Source: Octopus vulgaris (taxonomy: Eukaryota). Taken from it: a stretch of 64,000 bases of DNA. Of the stretch, positions 1 to 12,189 are shown in pieces. The notes beneath the pieces are model-generated. The model worked only from the letters and a program-made list of their open reading frames with translations, was not told where the DNA came from and searched no databases. The DNA lies in the NCBI GenBank assembly GCA_951406725.2, contig OX597830.1, positions 25,048,001-25,112,000 on the forward strand, written 5' to 3'. The position numbers were made by a program, and so were the translations under genes. Each line of letters opens with the position of its first letter. The first letter of the stretch is position 1.

Positions 1-270
1 TGAAGAGCCTGCTCGTGAAATTAACGTGCATGTGGCTGAACACTCCATAGACACGTGTACCCTTCCCGTAGTTCTCAGAGAGATTCAGCGTGTCACAGAA
101 TGTGACAAGGCTGGCCTTTAAATTACAAGTACAGCTCATTTTTACCAGCTGAGTGGATTGGAGCAATGTGAAATAAAGTGTCTTGTTCAAGGACACAACG
201 CGCTGCCAAGAATCGAACTCACGCGCTTGCTATTGTGAGCTGAATACCCGGACCACTAAGCCACGCGCCG
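1..270 (-). mobile_element. tRNA-derived SINE family A, truncated by the window edge
   Basis: Matches the copies at 19290-19612 and 61120-61505. The minus strand begins GGCGCGTGGCTTAGTGGT (A box) followed by a GTTCGATTC B box. Confidence 0.8.
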
Positions 271-650
271 AAGTAGTTATACAGGAACGAGAGAGATAAT
301 CAGCTTAGCCCCTTCAGTCACAAATAAAAAGGGTAAAACTATTTTTTATATTTATATTTTTTATTTATACCAAAATACAGATATATACATATTGAGTAAA
401 TTTTTAAAGAATTCAATATTCAATGTGCTTAATTTTTGGTATGGATAAATAAACATTTTTCTAAGACTAGGTAAAAAAAAAATACCAATTTACTTACATC
501 TGTGAGATTTACGAGAAGACGTAGTCATCCTTTATGACTTGTAAGCAAACACTGAGTCAGAATCACGTGGTCTTGGTTATATATGCGTTTTGGAGATGTC
601 CAATGTATTGGTGACTGTGACAAAATTATATATTTTTTTTCTGTAATTTA

Positions 651-727
651 TTCGGAACGATAGAGAAGATTAGCATGATCCTTGCGCAAGGATGACACGC
701 AAATTTTTGAAGCGTTCCGTATTTTTT
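651..727 (+). pseudogene. U6: 5'-truncated U6 snRNA pseudogene
   Basis: GGAACGATAGAGAAGATTAGCATGATCCTTGCGCAAGGATGACACGCAAATTTTTGAAGCGTTCCGTATTTTTT aligns by eye to the 3' three quarters of metazoan U6. The 5' stem-loop is absent and the ACAGAGA box has lost AC. Confidence 0.92.
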
Positions 728-734
728 AAAGTAC

Positions 735-790
735 ACGGCAATGCTCCAGCATGACTACAGCCGCATGGCTGAAACGAGTAAAAGAGTAAT
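735..790 (+). mobile_element. SINE family B 3' tail fragment abutting U6
   Basis: GGCAATGCTCCAGCATG...CTGAAACGAGTAAAAGAGTAA matches the SINE 3' end at 45229-45288. Confidence 0.75.
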
Positions 791-2020
791 ACATTGGACA
801 AAGTGACTGAGGGGTTTAAAATTACCACCGAGTAAGATCAATTTTAACATATTATGACGTTCTGAGATAGGGGTAGGGTGGAATTTGCACCGACTATCAG
901 TTTAAATTTCAAGGATAAGATGGGAGCTAAATGGCCTAGATATGTGAAGAACACAAGTACCCGTTGTAATTATTATTCTGAATGACATATAATTCTTCAA
1001 GAAGTCGAAAACATTCTGTGTCGGAACGTAGATCTGCGTGTGAAATTCGATAACATGAGAAGTTAATACATTTACGTTTATGCTTGTTTAAGGTCAGATT
1101 ATTATGTTGTGCAGTTTAAAAGAAATTTGAAACGTTGGTATCGTGCTCTGATTTGCTTCCCCAGAAACTAAAAAAAAATAATCCAAATATGAAGAGCAAC
1201 CTAATTAGATTATTAAACCAACATGATAATTAGGTTTATAGCCTAATTATATTTGTGTGTTGATATGTCATTATCAGCGCCAAACTCTGAGAAATCTACC
1301 GCAATTTTCTTTTCTCATCGGAATTGCCAGAACTAACCAAAGCCTACACCTTCCTCTAAAAGATTTAAAATTTCTGAATTCTTGAGGTTTGCAGTTTGAA
1401 GTGAGATTTTGAAAACGTTACTTGAATGAACATCAATAAGACAAGAAATGTATATTATATTTAAGCCTTCAATACACACCCCTCGTTTTGAGATGTCACG
1501 AAGGACTAATTACCAGATGATGTTATGGTCACAGTTTGAACAAATCATTCAAGTTTATAAAAAAGTTCGAATCTATAAGTAACTCTAATTTCTTGAAATA
1601 ATTTCAACGAAAGTATTCGAAGAATAACATCGGCATACTGTTCAGAAAGAGAAGAAATTTGTATTTTTATATATTCTGAGTTTTATAGATATTTTAGCAA
1701 TACAGAACGTTATTTCAGTTATTATTTCTGATTTTTCTGCATTAGCTATGGAAAACAATACCATACCTGTATTTTAATAATTTTTGAGGTTGAATAGATT
1801 AACTAGATTTTGATGGATGACATTTTCATATAGATATTTTGACTACCTAGTCGTTAACTTTCACCATTATGATAGAAAGTGTAAAAAGCCTTGCAACAGG
1901 AAATACCGTCCCCAGAGAAATATATCCAGATTGAGTTATCCGAAGAAATTGCATTATGTTGAAGCTCAGGAGAGTCGCATCGCCACTAGGCCGAAAGGCA
2001 ATAACGCAATATCTTGATAT

Positions 2021-2588
2021 AAAATGACTTAGCGGTTCGCCAAACGAGATCAATAAATTGACTTAGCGGTTCGACAAACGAGATCGATAAAAGGACTTAA
2101 CGGTTCGCTAAAGGAGATCCCAAAAATGACTTAGCCGTTCGCCAAGAATGATCGATAAAATGACATAGCGTTTCGACAAACATGATCGACTTAGCGGTTC
2201 GCCAAACGAGATCGATAAAATGACTTAGCGGCTCGGCAAACAAGATCGATAAAATGACTTAAGGGCTCACCAAGCTAGATCGATAAAATGACTTAGCGGT
2301 TCGCCAGAAGAATCGATAAACTGTCTTAGCGGTTCGCCAAACGAGATCGATAAAATGACGTAGAGGTTCGCCAAACGAGATCGATAAAATGACTTATCGG
2401 TTCGCCAAACGAGATCGATAAAATGATTTAGCATTTCGCCAAACATGATCGATAGCGGTTCGCCAAACGAGTTCGATAAAATGACTTAGCGATTCGCCAA
2501 ACAAGATTGATAAAATGACCTAGCGGTTTGCCGAACAAGATCGATAAAATGAATTAGCGGTTCGCCAAACATGATCGATAAAATGACC
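2021..2588. repeat. 34-bp tandem minisatellite, about 17 units, derived from SINE family B
   Basis: The unit AAAATGACTTAGCGGTTCGCCAAACGAGATCGAT repeats head to tail with no spacers. It resembles the SINE segment at 45143-45176. Confidence 0.93.
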
Positions 2589-2640
2589 TCCGGCCGATCA
2601 AAGGCTTGTGAGTGGATTTGGTAGACGGAAGGAGCCCGTC

Positions 2641-2675
<35 letters not shown>
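2589..2675 (+). mobile_element. SINE family B body fragment followed by (TA)n
   Basis: GGCCGATCAAAGGCTTGTGAGTGGATTTGGTAGACGG matches 14006-14040 and 44576-44625. Confidence 0.8.
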
Positions 2676-2678
<3 letters not shown>

Positions 2679-3769
2679 CTTCTTACAAGTTAGAAAGACT
2701 TAACACACAATTTTTCATTTTATCTAAGCAAAAATTAATACAGTTGTGCTCTTGGAAGCTGTAGGGTTACCCGAGCATAAAAGTTGAGCATTATTTGTAA
2801 TTCAATGGTACAACAGTGTAACAGTTTGCTTTGACATACACTTACATTGTGATTTCTGCAATGTGCTGCATAAACTGTCAAGTAAATGAGAAGCATCTTT
2901 GCCTCCACTGATTCAGTTGCAAAGTATTTTGTAAAGTTATTTGATTGCAGACCTCCTTTCAGTCTTTTATTATCATTGGGTCACACAGTCCCCAGATAGT
3001 AACATTCATTTCAAGACGTTCCCAGATGAGTGACTGGTTATTCAAAGACATTCATAGATTGTATATTTATTCTGTCCAGTTAGGTATCAGTATAGTGGTC
3101 GTTTGCAAACTCCAACTTTCATTTCTCCTTAGCCCTCACGTCACACAGTTGTTAATGCTGATTTCAGTTGGGTCACGCCCTTCCAATTGCTATAGATTCG
3201 TAATGCATCTTACGACTGTGCCTGTCACCTGGATGGTGAGGAATCCTACATTGGGAGTGGTAACGACTAGGGCACTGTATCTGACTGCTTATTGTGATCA
3301 TTCGTCTTTTGGTTTCCTGTAGCTTTTCTCTCTTTTACAAACCTAGTGAACATATATTTCTTATTTCAAAGAAATTCAAACAATAGATATAAGACCCAAG
3401 TTAAAAATATTCTCAACAATTCAACTTCTCTGGTTGACATTAAGATGCCCACCCCCAGTAACTCTCACATTTTAGAGCTCCATGACCTCCATTTTTCAGG
3501 AGCAAAATCCTTTTAACAGGTTCAGTAAGACTGGAATTTTGGAATATGCGCATAAAAATCAGTAGTATGGGATACATGTGGCACAATTACAATTTTGTTT
3601 GGGTGTGTAAAGAGGGAATTAACCCTCATCTGCAATTTTGATGAAATTCAAAACATAGGTATTCCAGTTCATTAGAGAAAATATAACAGAAAAGTCTAAT
3701 TCTTCAATTGTATGTAACTTGGGCAACGCCGGGTAATATGTTACATTACTCGGTACATTACCGTTTTAT

Positions 3770-3814
<45 letters not shown>

Positions 3815-3815
<1 letters not shown>

Positions 3816-4670
3816 TAGATGTACCCGTGACCCGTTGGATCACAACCACCCCAGTTCAAAATGCCGATGCCCGGCGGCAAAGGGAAAATACAATTTCGAA
3901 CTTCATGCAATAAAATTCTTAAATAATGCAGTTCTCCTGCCTTTGATATGACAACATAAACACGACCAAGTATTTCTTCTTTGTAAACGTTCAAATGGCC
4001 TTCAACTTTTCCCCCGCTTTCTTCTTTACCATTCTTTGTTACAGCTGTTCCAAGTGAAATACATGGGTACTTAAGCATAAAGTAATGTTTTTGCAAAGTC
4101 ATCATTCATGCACAATGAAAAGAATTCTGTTAATATTGTTCTCATATGTTGTTCATTGACAGCCATATATATCCTCATAATTTCTGAGCAATATTCTTGC
4201 AGTCTCAATATTGGAGGTGCTCTTTCATGAATTGAAAATCCTAAAATTGATGCAATTGCTTCGGATGGTTCAATATACCCACCTATTAGATACTGACTAA
4301 TTTCGTTATCATTGTTTATTTGAACAGCAGCTTGGTCATTTCCTTTCAGCGTGTACTTGATGACATACTTAACTGACCTCACAAAGGCAACGATTTCAAT
4401 GTTGCAGTGACATTCGAATACTCTTAAAATAGTTTCATTATAAGGTACAGCTTTTTGTCTTTCCATTCTTATGAGATTCAACATCTCCCATTGCAACTGA
4501 TCTTCGTCTGCAAAAAGATGGCCTCTCTGTTTGTTTTCCTGCCTTTTGATTAAGATGATAAAGATTGATATTTTATTTTGAATAAAATAGTAATTTTGCC
4601 CTTTAAGAAAAAAAAAATCAAGTACCCGCGATTCCAAAAATATAGGGAGAATTTCTGTCTTTCTGTTCAC
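3815..4670 (-). mobile_element. Helitron remnant: frameshifted Rep-region coding fragments plus the 3' terminus
   Basis: Peptides VPYNETILRVFECHCNIE..SVKYVIKYTLKGND, LTEFFSLC..AKTLLY and LGRVYVV..GELHYLRILL are typical Helitron RepHel motifs. The minus strand ends with the hairpin GTGATCCAACGGGTCAC and then CTAG next to (TA)n. Confidence 0.88.
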
Positions 4671-4695
4671 GATACTCCGAAAGTTGTATAAATGA

Positions 4696-5068
4696 CTAGC
4701 AGTATCGCCCGGCGTTACTCAGGTTTGTAAGGGAAATAACTATATAAGCACTTTTAGAGATGTAAAGTATAATAGCCATCTCAATATGGCTAACCACAAA
4801 GGGGTTCTGAGATTTAATAATAAATTTTTAGAGAGTTACTTCCCTTATATATGCCAAAAAATGCATTAAAATGGGAAAAATTAATGGTAAATTTTTTTTT
4901 AAATCGTAGACTCATCGTAGACGCGCGCTAATACCCAGAGGGGCTCGATATGAATCACGACTATAAGATACCCGGTTTTGGTTAAACTGCACCGCAAAAT
5001 GTGGGAGTAGTTAGGAATCTAAATCGTAGGAGACAGACAGCACACAACTTCACTTTTATATATAAAGA
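4696..5068 (-). mobile_element. Complete non-autonomous Helitron (373 bp)
   Basis: Minus strand reads A|TCTTTATATATAAAAG ... CCTGAGTAACGCCGGG hairpin ... CTAG|T. Termini are canonical, the target is AT and there is no TSD. Confidence 0.85.
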
Positions 5069-5139
5069 TTAAGAGAGAAAGTAAGAAAAAAGGACGAACG
5101 GCGGTAGCTGCGATGACTCTTTGAAGTGTCACCGACGCA

Positions 5140-6055
5140 AATCAACATTTTCGTCTTGTATTTTTCTTCTTTCTTAAAGGGAGAAAGACGAGCGGGCAAT
5201 AGGAAAGACTATCGACACCAGGAAAGACTGGCGGAGGCTGCGGACTTACGATCCTCGCCTTTGTAATATATTGTAACGGAAATAACTGGAAATGACAGCC
5301 CCACGATTGACCGAGAAGGGGGAGTCGAGAATCAATCAAACCCAGTCAGCACGGGAATGACCTTGGAAACGAATACGATTATTCATTCGAACAGCGAACG
5401 AAATGCAAACAACTTTGGATGCAAGCTGTGCTATAGAACCTTTGCAACTGTGAGAGGCTTGAAGATACATCAGGGAAAGACTTGTGAGAAGAGGACAGAG
5501 CAGTGTGGATCATCAGATCGTAAAACACGTGGCAAATCATCCCCGAACTCAAACCACAGCGGATCGATAAATGCTACAGCAGAGACCTCTTCACGTGATG
5601 AAACTACAAGTCATGAAACTGGTGCATCGGATAATACTCAGAGGAAACCGAGGGTTTTGTGGCTTGCTGCTAATGAGAAAGTGAAATATAAAGAGTTTGA
5701 AAACAAGGTTTGTCGGGCTCTTTATAAAATGACAGGCTCTACAGTGGAGAAACTGGGTAAATTATCAAGCTCAATATACGATATAGGAAAAGATTTATTT
5801 GGATCGCTAGGCCTAACTCATCGTAAAGTCAATACCACCATGACTGATATCCAATCTACAGTGGAGATATCCAATCTAGCCACTGGATTTGGTTAAAAAG
5901 AGACAATGAGCGATGGCTACAAGTATATTGAGTTTAACTTCATAACCAGCTGATCTAGCAAGCGGGGCCTCATATCAGTGAGCCGGTGCGCATTGATGCC
6001 GTCGAGAGGTAGGCTCCAAAACGGCGTGCATTCTCTCCTGATTACCCCATACACT
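5140..6055 (+). mobile_element. Internally deleted HERO/NeSL-like (RLE-type) non-LTR retrotransposon
   Basis: ORF 5357-5896 has an N-terminal zinc finger (CKLC..RGLKIHQGKTC) and RKPRVLWLAAN. It is joined near 5803 to C-terminal-type sequence ending HWIWLKR (5881-5902), then a 3' UTR. No RT is present. The 5' boundary is uncertain. Confidence 0.7.
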
Positions 6056-6188
6056 TGCTAGTTTCCGGTATACGGAGCTTTTAACTGGTAGCACTTGCAT
6101 ATGCAAGTTGTTTGCAAGACATCTTTATCATCTTCATGATAAAGAAAACAAACTTTGAGTATTAGTATAATATATATATATATATATA

Positions 6189-6565
6189 CTAGCAGTATCG
6201 CCCGGCGTTGCTCAGGTTTGTAAGGGAAATAACTATAAAGCATTTTTAGAGAGTTATAGCCAAAAAATAGCAAAAAAATGGAAAAAAATGATGGTAAATT
6301 TTTTTTGAGAGTGAAAAAAGGTGGAGTTGCGTCCCCTAGACAGTTTGCGGTTTGTGTTTCTGATTCTCGACCCCATGTCGAATTTATCGATTTTTCTCAG
6401 AACTGGGGGAACTTTTCAAAATTTTCGCTACCTTAGTTTTGAATTATGACATTGGGCTATGTGTGTGTCAAGTTTCATCAGAATCGGTTGAAAGCCGTGG
6501 TCAGGGTGAGGGTACAAGCAAACAGACACACAGAAACACGCACAGACAAACTGCCGTTTATATAT

Positions 6566-6568
<3 letters not shown>
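6189..6568 (-). mobile_element. Complete non-autonomous Helitron inserted in (TA)n
   Basis: Minus strand reads TCTATATATAAACGGCAG ... hairpin ... CTAG|T. It is nearly identical to 44652-45012. Confidence 0.87.
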
Positions 6569-6626
<58 letters not shown>

Positions 6627-6655
6627 TATATAAATATATATATATAAATATATAA

Positions 6656-6729
<74 letters not shown>
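6569..6729. repeat. (TA)n microsatellite
   Basis: Directly visible in the sequence. Confidence 0.97.
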
Positions 6730-6731
<2 letters not shown>

Positions 6732-6839
6732 ATAATAACAAAGGGTAAAATTAATTAATTAAGAAGTAATCAATAAATTTCACCAAGTAGAATTCGGTAT
6801 GAAAACAGGACCGTTACACGGTAAATTTTATATATATAC

Positions 6840-7000
6840 ACGATGGGCCTCTTTCATTTTACGTCTACTAAATCCATTCACAAGGTTTTTGTTGGCCCGA
6901 GGCTATAGTAGAAGACGCTTTCCCTACCTGCCACACAATGGGACTGAACTCTAAACTATGTGGTTGGGAAGCAAGCTTCTTAGCAAACAGCCAAACCTGC
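6840..7000 (-). mobile_element. SINE family B 5' half
   Basis: Reverse complement of the head and body seen at 13900-14040. Confidence 0.8.
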
Positions 7001-7475
7001 ACTTATTGATTTGATTGTTCAAATTTACCACTTACAGTTTTCTCGATAACATCAAAAGGTCCCACAGGTGCAAGAGGAGGCATTTCTTACGATTCTCGAC
7101 CAGACTAAGTTTGTTCCAAAGATTGAACTTGTTGAATGATGCTATTGAATGGGAAGGTTTTGTTTTCTAGTAATTTGGTCATGATAATGTTTGAATATAT
7201 TCCACATCATAAAAGAATATCAGCTGTTATGACTTTCAAATCGCAATCCAATACAATTAAATTCTCTAGAAATTCATCTACGCTTTTATCGGTCCTATTT
7301 TATTTTATTTTACTTTTGAACAGAAGTATAATGAAATTCCTATTTTAGAGTACTAAATAGATTCAAGTATAAAATATTTAATATATCAATACTCTAAATT
7401 AGATAATATTTTTTTGTCCTTTTTCTAAATCTTTGAGAATGAAATATGTCTTTTTGCACTAAGAAATTTGTCAGC

Positions 7476-7477
<2 letters not shown>

Positions 7478-7537
<60 letters not shown>

Positions 7538-7563
7538 TGTGAGACCTATATAAATATATATGA

Positions 7564-7602
<39 letters not shown>

Positions 7603-7628
7603 TGTGAGACCTATATAAATATATATGA

Positions 7629-7670
<42 letters not shown>

Positions 7671-7685
7671 ATGTATATTTATATA

Positions 7686-7732
<47 letters not shown>

Positions 7733-7750
7733 CATACATACATACATACA

Positions 7751-7784
<34 letters not shown>

Positions 7785-7815
7785 CATACATACATACATA
7801 ATGTGTGTGAGTGTG
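7478..7815. repeat. Compound (TG)n/(TA)n/(TACA)n microsatellite with a local duplication of about 65 bp
   Basis: GTGAGACCTATATAAATATATATGAATATATG occurs twice among the microsatellites. Confidence 0.93.
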
Positions 7816-8599
7816 TATCTGTCCTATGTATGAAATTACTTAAAAGTAATTTAATACTTAAAGTTATTAAAATGTTTGCTATTTCTATATTAAAGATGTT
7901 ATGAAAAGCATTTATTTCCTCAACCAAAGTCACAGATGGATGCCGCAAAATAAATTAGCTTCTGCAGCAGTTGCTGCAACAACAGCAACAGGAGCGGCAG
8001 TAACAACAACAGCGACAATAATAACAGAAACTGCGATTTGAAAAACTGCAATAACAGCAGAAGAACTTGAAACAGTAGCTATTCTCCCAAAAGAACTACA
8101 AAATAATTGTCAATGATTGTAACAGCCGTAGAAATAGTAAGGATAGTAAAAAATACAGATTTTATGAATACTTTACAAGTGTGCAAACATGTTAAGAGAC
8201 CAACGAATCTTTAAGTGTCTATCCTGGTGTTGAACATCAGTAAGGCAAGAAATTTTTATTATAGCTAAGCCTTCGATAGAGATCCCTTGTTTCGAGATAA
8301 TAGTCACGAGGGACCAATTACTAGATGATGTTACGGTCAACGTCTTGTGCAAATCGTTCCAGTTGGTTTGCGCAGTAATAGACAAGCTGTACATAAAAAT
8401 ATATACTGCATTATCAACGAGATGAAACGAACTATGAAATTACATTTACTCTCGAAAGAAAAACTTAAAAAAAGGAAAACATACTAATGAAAGAATTTTT
8501 CCGTTCCTTTTTGTTGTTGTTTTTGTTGTTACTGGGTCAGTTATTTTTCTCAAGTGAGACTGATTTTGATTTACAAACCGTTTCTCAGCAACAGTTTTA

Positions 8600-8870
8600 A
8601 CATCTATGTATTTATGTTGGAATAAGGTTGTAGAGTTTTCTTTGGTTGGTGGAGAGAGAGGTGTACAGTATATTGATATCTCAGTTTTCTTTTTCTCATA
8701 TCTTCTCTGAGGCCCAACAACATGTGATCTGACTTCCAGTACATTTTCTTGCTTCTTCCAAGACCTTTCTCTACCATGCATACAACCTTCACTGACAGCA
8801 CACAACACTTCTATCTCAACCAGTTCTAAACTATTACCCGTTTGTGCGACACATTCATACCAGTCCCATA
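8600..8870 (-). mobile_element. Possible degenerate RTE LINE 3' coding end
   Basis: GLGRSKKMYWKSDHMLLGLREDM weakly resembles the RTE C-terminal GRGRP..W....D...LGL motif. Confidence 0.35.
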
Positions 8871-8880
8871 ATATATTCTA

Positions 8881-9104
8881 CGAGGGGATGCTGAAAAGTT
8901 CCTGGCTTTAAGTAAAAAAAAAAATTACAGGAAGATCTATTCATTATAGTTTCATTCAACATATTCTCCTCTCAGATTCACACACTTGTTGCAGTGGACC
9001 TTGAGTTTTTCTAAACTCTGTGAAAGAACTCGGAAGGTTGGTCCTACAACCAAGCCTTTCGCGATGCCCTTAAAGCCAGGAACTTTTCAGCACCCACTCC
9101 CTCG
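8881..9104. mobile_element. Tc1/mariner MITE
   Basis: TIRs of about 30 bp (CGAGGGGATGCTGAAAAGTTCCTGGCTTTAA / TTAAAGCCAGGAACTTTTCAGCA..CCCTCG), with TA on the left flank. Confidence 0.85.
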
Positions 9105-9699
9105 TTCGCACTTTGGTCAATGCATGTATTTCCAGCCGTTTTCTCAGCACACATATTCTCTAGATTGCAATGACGCATCTGGGATTATCCCCTCCAGTTT
9201 TTCATATCTACAGTAAATGCTCATGCCTCACTGTCATGCACCATTACAATTCTAATACTTGTTTCGTTCAGCCTGACTTACACTCTTAGAAAGAAGCTCT
9301 TTATTGCCAGCAAATGTAACAGGTGACTGGACTTTTCAACGTCTCTACTCTACCAAATATGCTTCTGCCATAATCAATCCCTTGCACTGATTATATCAAT
9401 TATAATTATGTTAATTAGGCAATAAAAACAATCACCAACATCTAGCGAGCTCTCTGAGCAATTCAGAAACTTTATTTCCTGAGTAAGAGAGAGAGAAACT
9501 GAGTGAGAGAGGTAGTAGGAAAGAAAAATTGAACGAGTAGAAACGGGCTAAGGTGTGATTGAAATGTAGGGAAAAGATGAAGTGAAAAGATAGTTGAGGG
9601 ATAAGAAAGGGGTTATTGAACTAAGAGTAGAAGGAAGAACGTTCATATCAACCTATTGGTGGCATAGCACCAACTTCAAATATAAACCGTTGTTCTCTC

Positions 9700-10268
9700 C
9701 CTTTCCTTGAGTATGTGGACCCATGGTGCGTGGAAATGCTGCACACTGATGTGTTAAAGTGGGAAATTTTACAAAGAGGTCAGCAGAGGCGCCATGTGGA
9801 ACTAGGATGGGTCCAAGTTATGCAAACTTCTTTTCAGGCCACATTGAGAGCAAATCTTTGTTCATTTCACTAGATCCATTCCAGAGATGTAAGGTCGTTA
9901 TATTGTCGACTGTGTTTTGGATATCACACTTACCAAACAACAACTCAGTACTTTTATCCCTTTCATTAACTCCTTTCCCTCTGCCTTGGAATTGATCCCC
10001 ACCGTATCCGATACCTCTGTTAGTTTTCGCAATGTCTCCATCACTATGAATATTACCTAATTCCATCCACTACACCATTCTCCAAATCTCTTTGATTTCG
10101 CCTGCTCTGCAGCATTGATTCAGATTTCTTATCCTAATGTGAAACAGCACCATAATTCTTTCTGCATCAAGGGTGCCCTTGATCAGTTGTGAACTCTGCA
10201 CGCTACTAGTCCCAAGCCGTCAACCACGCTACCGCTCTCCTATCCTCGTTGCGCACACCTACAGACCG

Positions 10269-10306
<38 letters not shown>

Positions 10307-10760
10307 TCACACACACACACACGCATACACACCTTCTACTCGTCCGTCCTTCCATTCAAAGATAAACGCATCAGCAATTTCCGCTTTCTGATCCCACAAT
10401 TGTTTTCTGGACCCACAAATGCTCGAATTTTCTTTCCCGCACCACTTCTCACCTTCGAAATAGATAGGAGGTGCCACTCAAATCTCTGCCCGACAAACTT
10501 ACTATGTCCTCACTGGAGCGATTCCGTCGACACAAAAGTAACTTAGACGCCTCGGATTGGCTGGTCTCGTACAAACTTCACACAGACCCTTCTGGCTCAC
10601 TCATCTCTCATCACTCCTATTGTGTCTACCCTGCACTAACCACTACAACCAGAACGTCTGTTCTCTGGAATACCCTCGCTGACCATGTTTTTTCTACTAT
10701 GAACTTACAACTTTTCAAGAGGGATATCAACTGCATCGATGATCTCCAGGAGTTTGCGAA
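9700..10760 (+). mobile_element. Degenerate Penelope-like retroelement (RT fragments)
   Basis: GTRMGPSYANFFSGHIE matches the PLE RT motif GxxMGPSYANLF. It is followed by GRYIVDC (degenerate RYIDD) and a PPLLTF-like linker. Microsatellites interrupt it. Confidence 0.75.
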
Positions 10761-11278
10761 GTCCACGGACGCAGCACGTTCCTCCAGTTTAAAACCCTAA
10801 TAATTGTGTGTGCGCGTGTTTGTGTGTGTGTGCGCGCGTCTATGAGTGAGTGAGTGAATGAGTGTGTGTGTGTGTGTGTGTGTGTGTGCGTATGTGTGTA
10901 TGTGTGAGTGTCCCCGCTTGTGCGTGTGTGAATCAGAGAGAGAAAGAAAGGGAGAGACAGAATGGTGTAAATTATATGCAACATAATCTATTTAGCATAA
11001 TAAAATAGGATCTTAGGATCTTAGTTATACAAGTTTAAATAACTAATCCATGGATTATGATATCAGGACGCAAGCACGTGCTTCACTGACACGTGTAAAC
11101 TAGCAAAGGCAAGTATTGCACATCTGCCTTTGTCAGAGACTGGCGGTCAAATTGAATAACAATACGGAGACAGAACCAGTTACAAAAATCAAGAGACTTC
11201 TATTCAATGACATCATTCTGTGTTGTGGGTGAGAGCGTGTGTTTATACATGTATGTGTTGGTGTGTATGTATGTGAAG

Positions 11279-11281
<3 letters not shown>

Positions 11282-11345
<64 letters not shown>

Positions 11346-11540
11346 CCCGAAGGAAATGATTCATTGAGTTTTTTGATAAAGTGGTGGCTGCGGTTGTGGT
11401 GATGATGGTTGTGACGGCGGATGTTGTGATCGTGATGGTGGCGTTGACGGCGGCGATGAAATTGATGGCGGCTGTGGGTGTGGTGAAGGTGGTTGCGAAG
11501 GCGGATGTTGCGATGGAAGCGTCAGTGGAGATGATGGTGA
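11282..11540. repeat. (GA)n(GT)n followed by a degenerate GGT/GAT trinucleotide tract
   Basis: Directly visible in the sequence. Confidence 0.85.
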
Positions 11541-12189
11541 AGTAATTTTTTTGCAAGATACTTTCTGCCTTTCCGGATTCTATCAGATATTAAATCAGAT
11601 AGGCGGAAAACGTTGAATTCCTAAAACTGTGAGATTCCGGTAATGTAAAAGACGAAAGACTGAAAGGTCGAGGTAAGAAGGAAATAAATTTTAATCTGAT
11701 ACAGATAATAGCGGTTCAGAGATTCGTCGTTTAGGGGAAAATGGACTCAAGAAGGGTTTTTTTAAAGATAGCTTTAAAAGAGAAATGAACTTTATAATTC
11801 AGGAATATCCAGACAGAAAAGATAGGAAATACAGTGACACGGAAGATAATTTGCTTTGAGTGCAATGTGGTTCTCGGCTTTAATGACATTATAGGACATG
11901 ATACTTCGTATCATGGGTCGAAGGTGCAGGCCTAGTGGTTGGGGTTTAGATTCTTGAACTGGGTAGTGCGTTGTGTTTTCTTGAACAAAACACTTCATAT
12001 CACTAAAATGCAAGACAATCATAAAAATATGTGTGAGTGTGTGCGCGCGCGTCATTAGCTTATTTTAAAAATATGTTACCTTAGTGTTAGTGTATCAATA
12101 TACGTAAGTCAACAAGTTTGTTTTTTTGCATATAAGTATGTCGGTATGTATGGTGTATGCGTGTGTTTATATCTGATGTATGCATTTAT

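Noticed and set aside
651-727. Functional U6 snRNA gene
   Set aside because: The 5' stem-loop is missing, the ACAGAGA box is damaged, and there are several substitutions.
2021-2588. CRISPR-like array (34-bp repeats)
   Set aside because: The repeats are contiguous with no unique spacers, there are no cas genes, the context is eukaryotic, and the unit derives from a SINE.
5357-5896. Host C2H2 zinc-finger gene
   Set aside because: It has a single atypical finger followed by motifs of RLE-type retrotransposons, and no tandem fingers with TGEKP linkers.
5980-6035. Hammerhead ribozyme in the retrotransposon 3' UTR
   Set aside because: A GCCGT/ACGGC hairpin is present, but the CUGANGA and GAAA core and the three-stem topology are not satisfied.
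6446-7948. ORFs rich in YI, CV, HT and MYVC repeats (also at 17109-17646, 40418-40849 and 42763-43517)
   Set aside because: They are translations of microsatellites.
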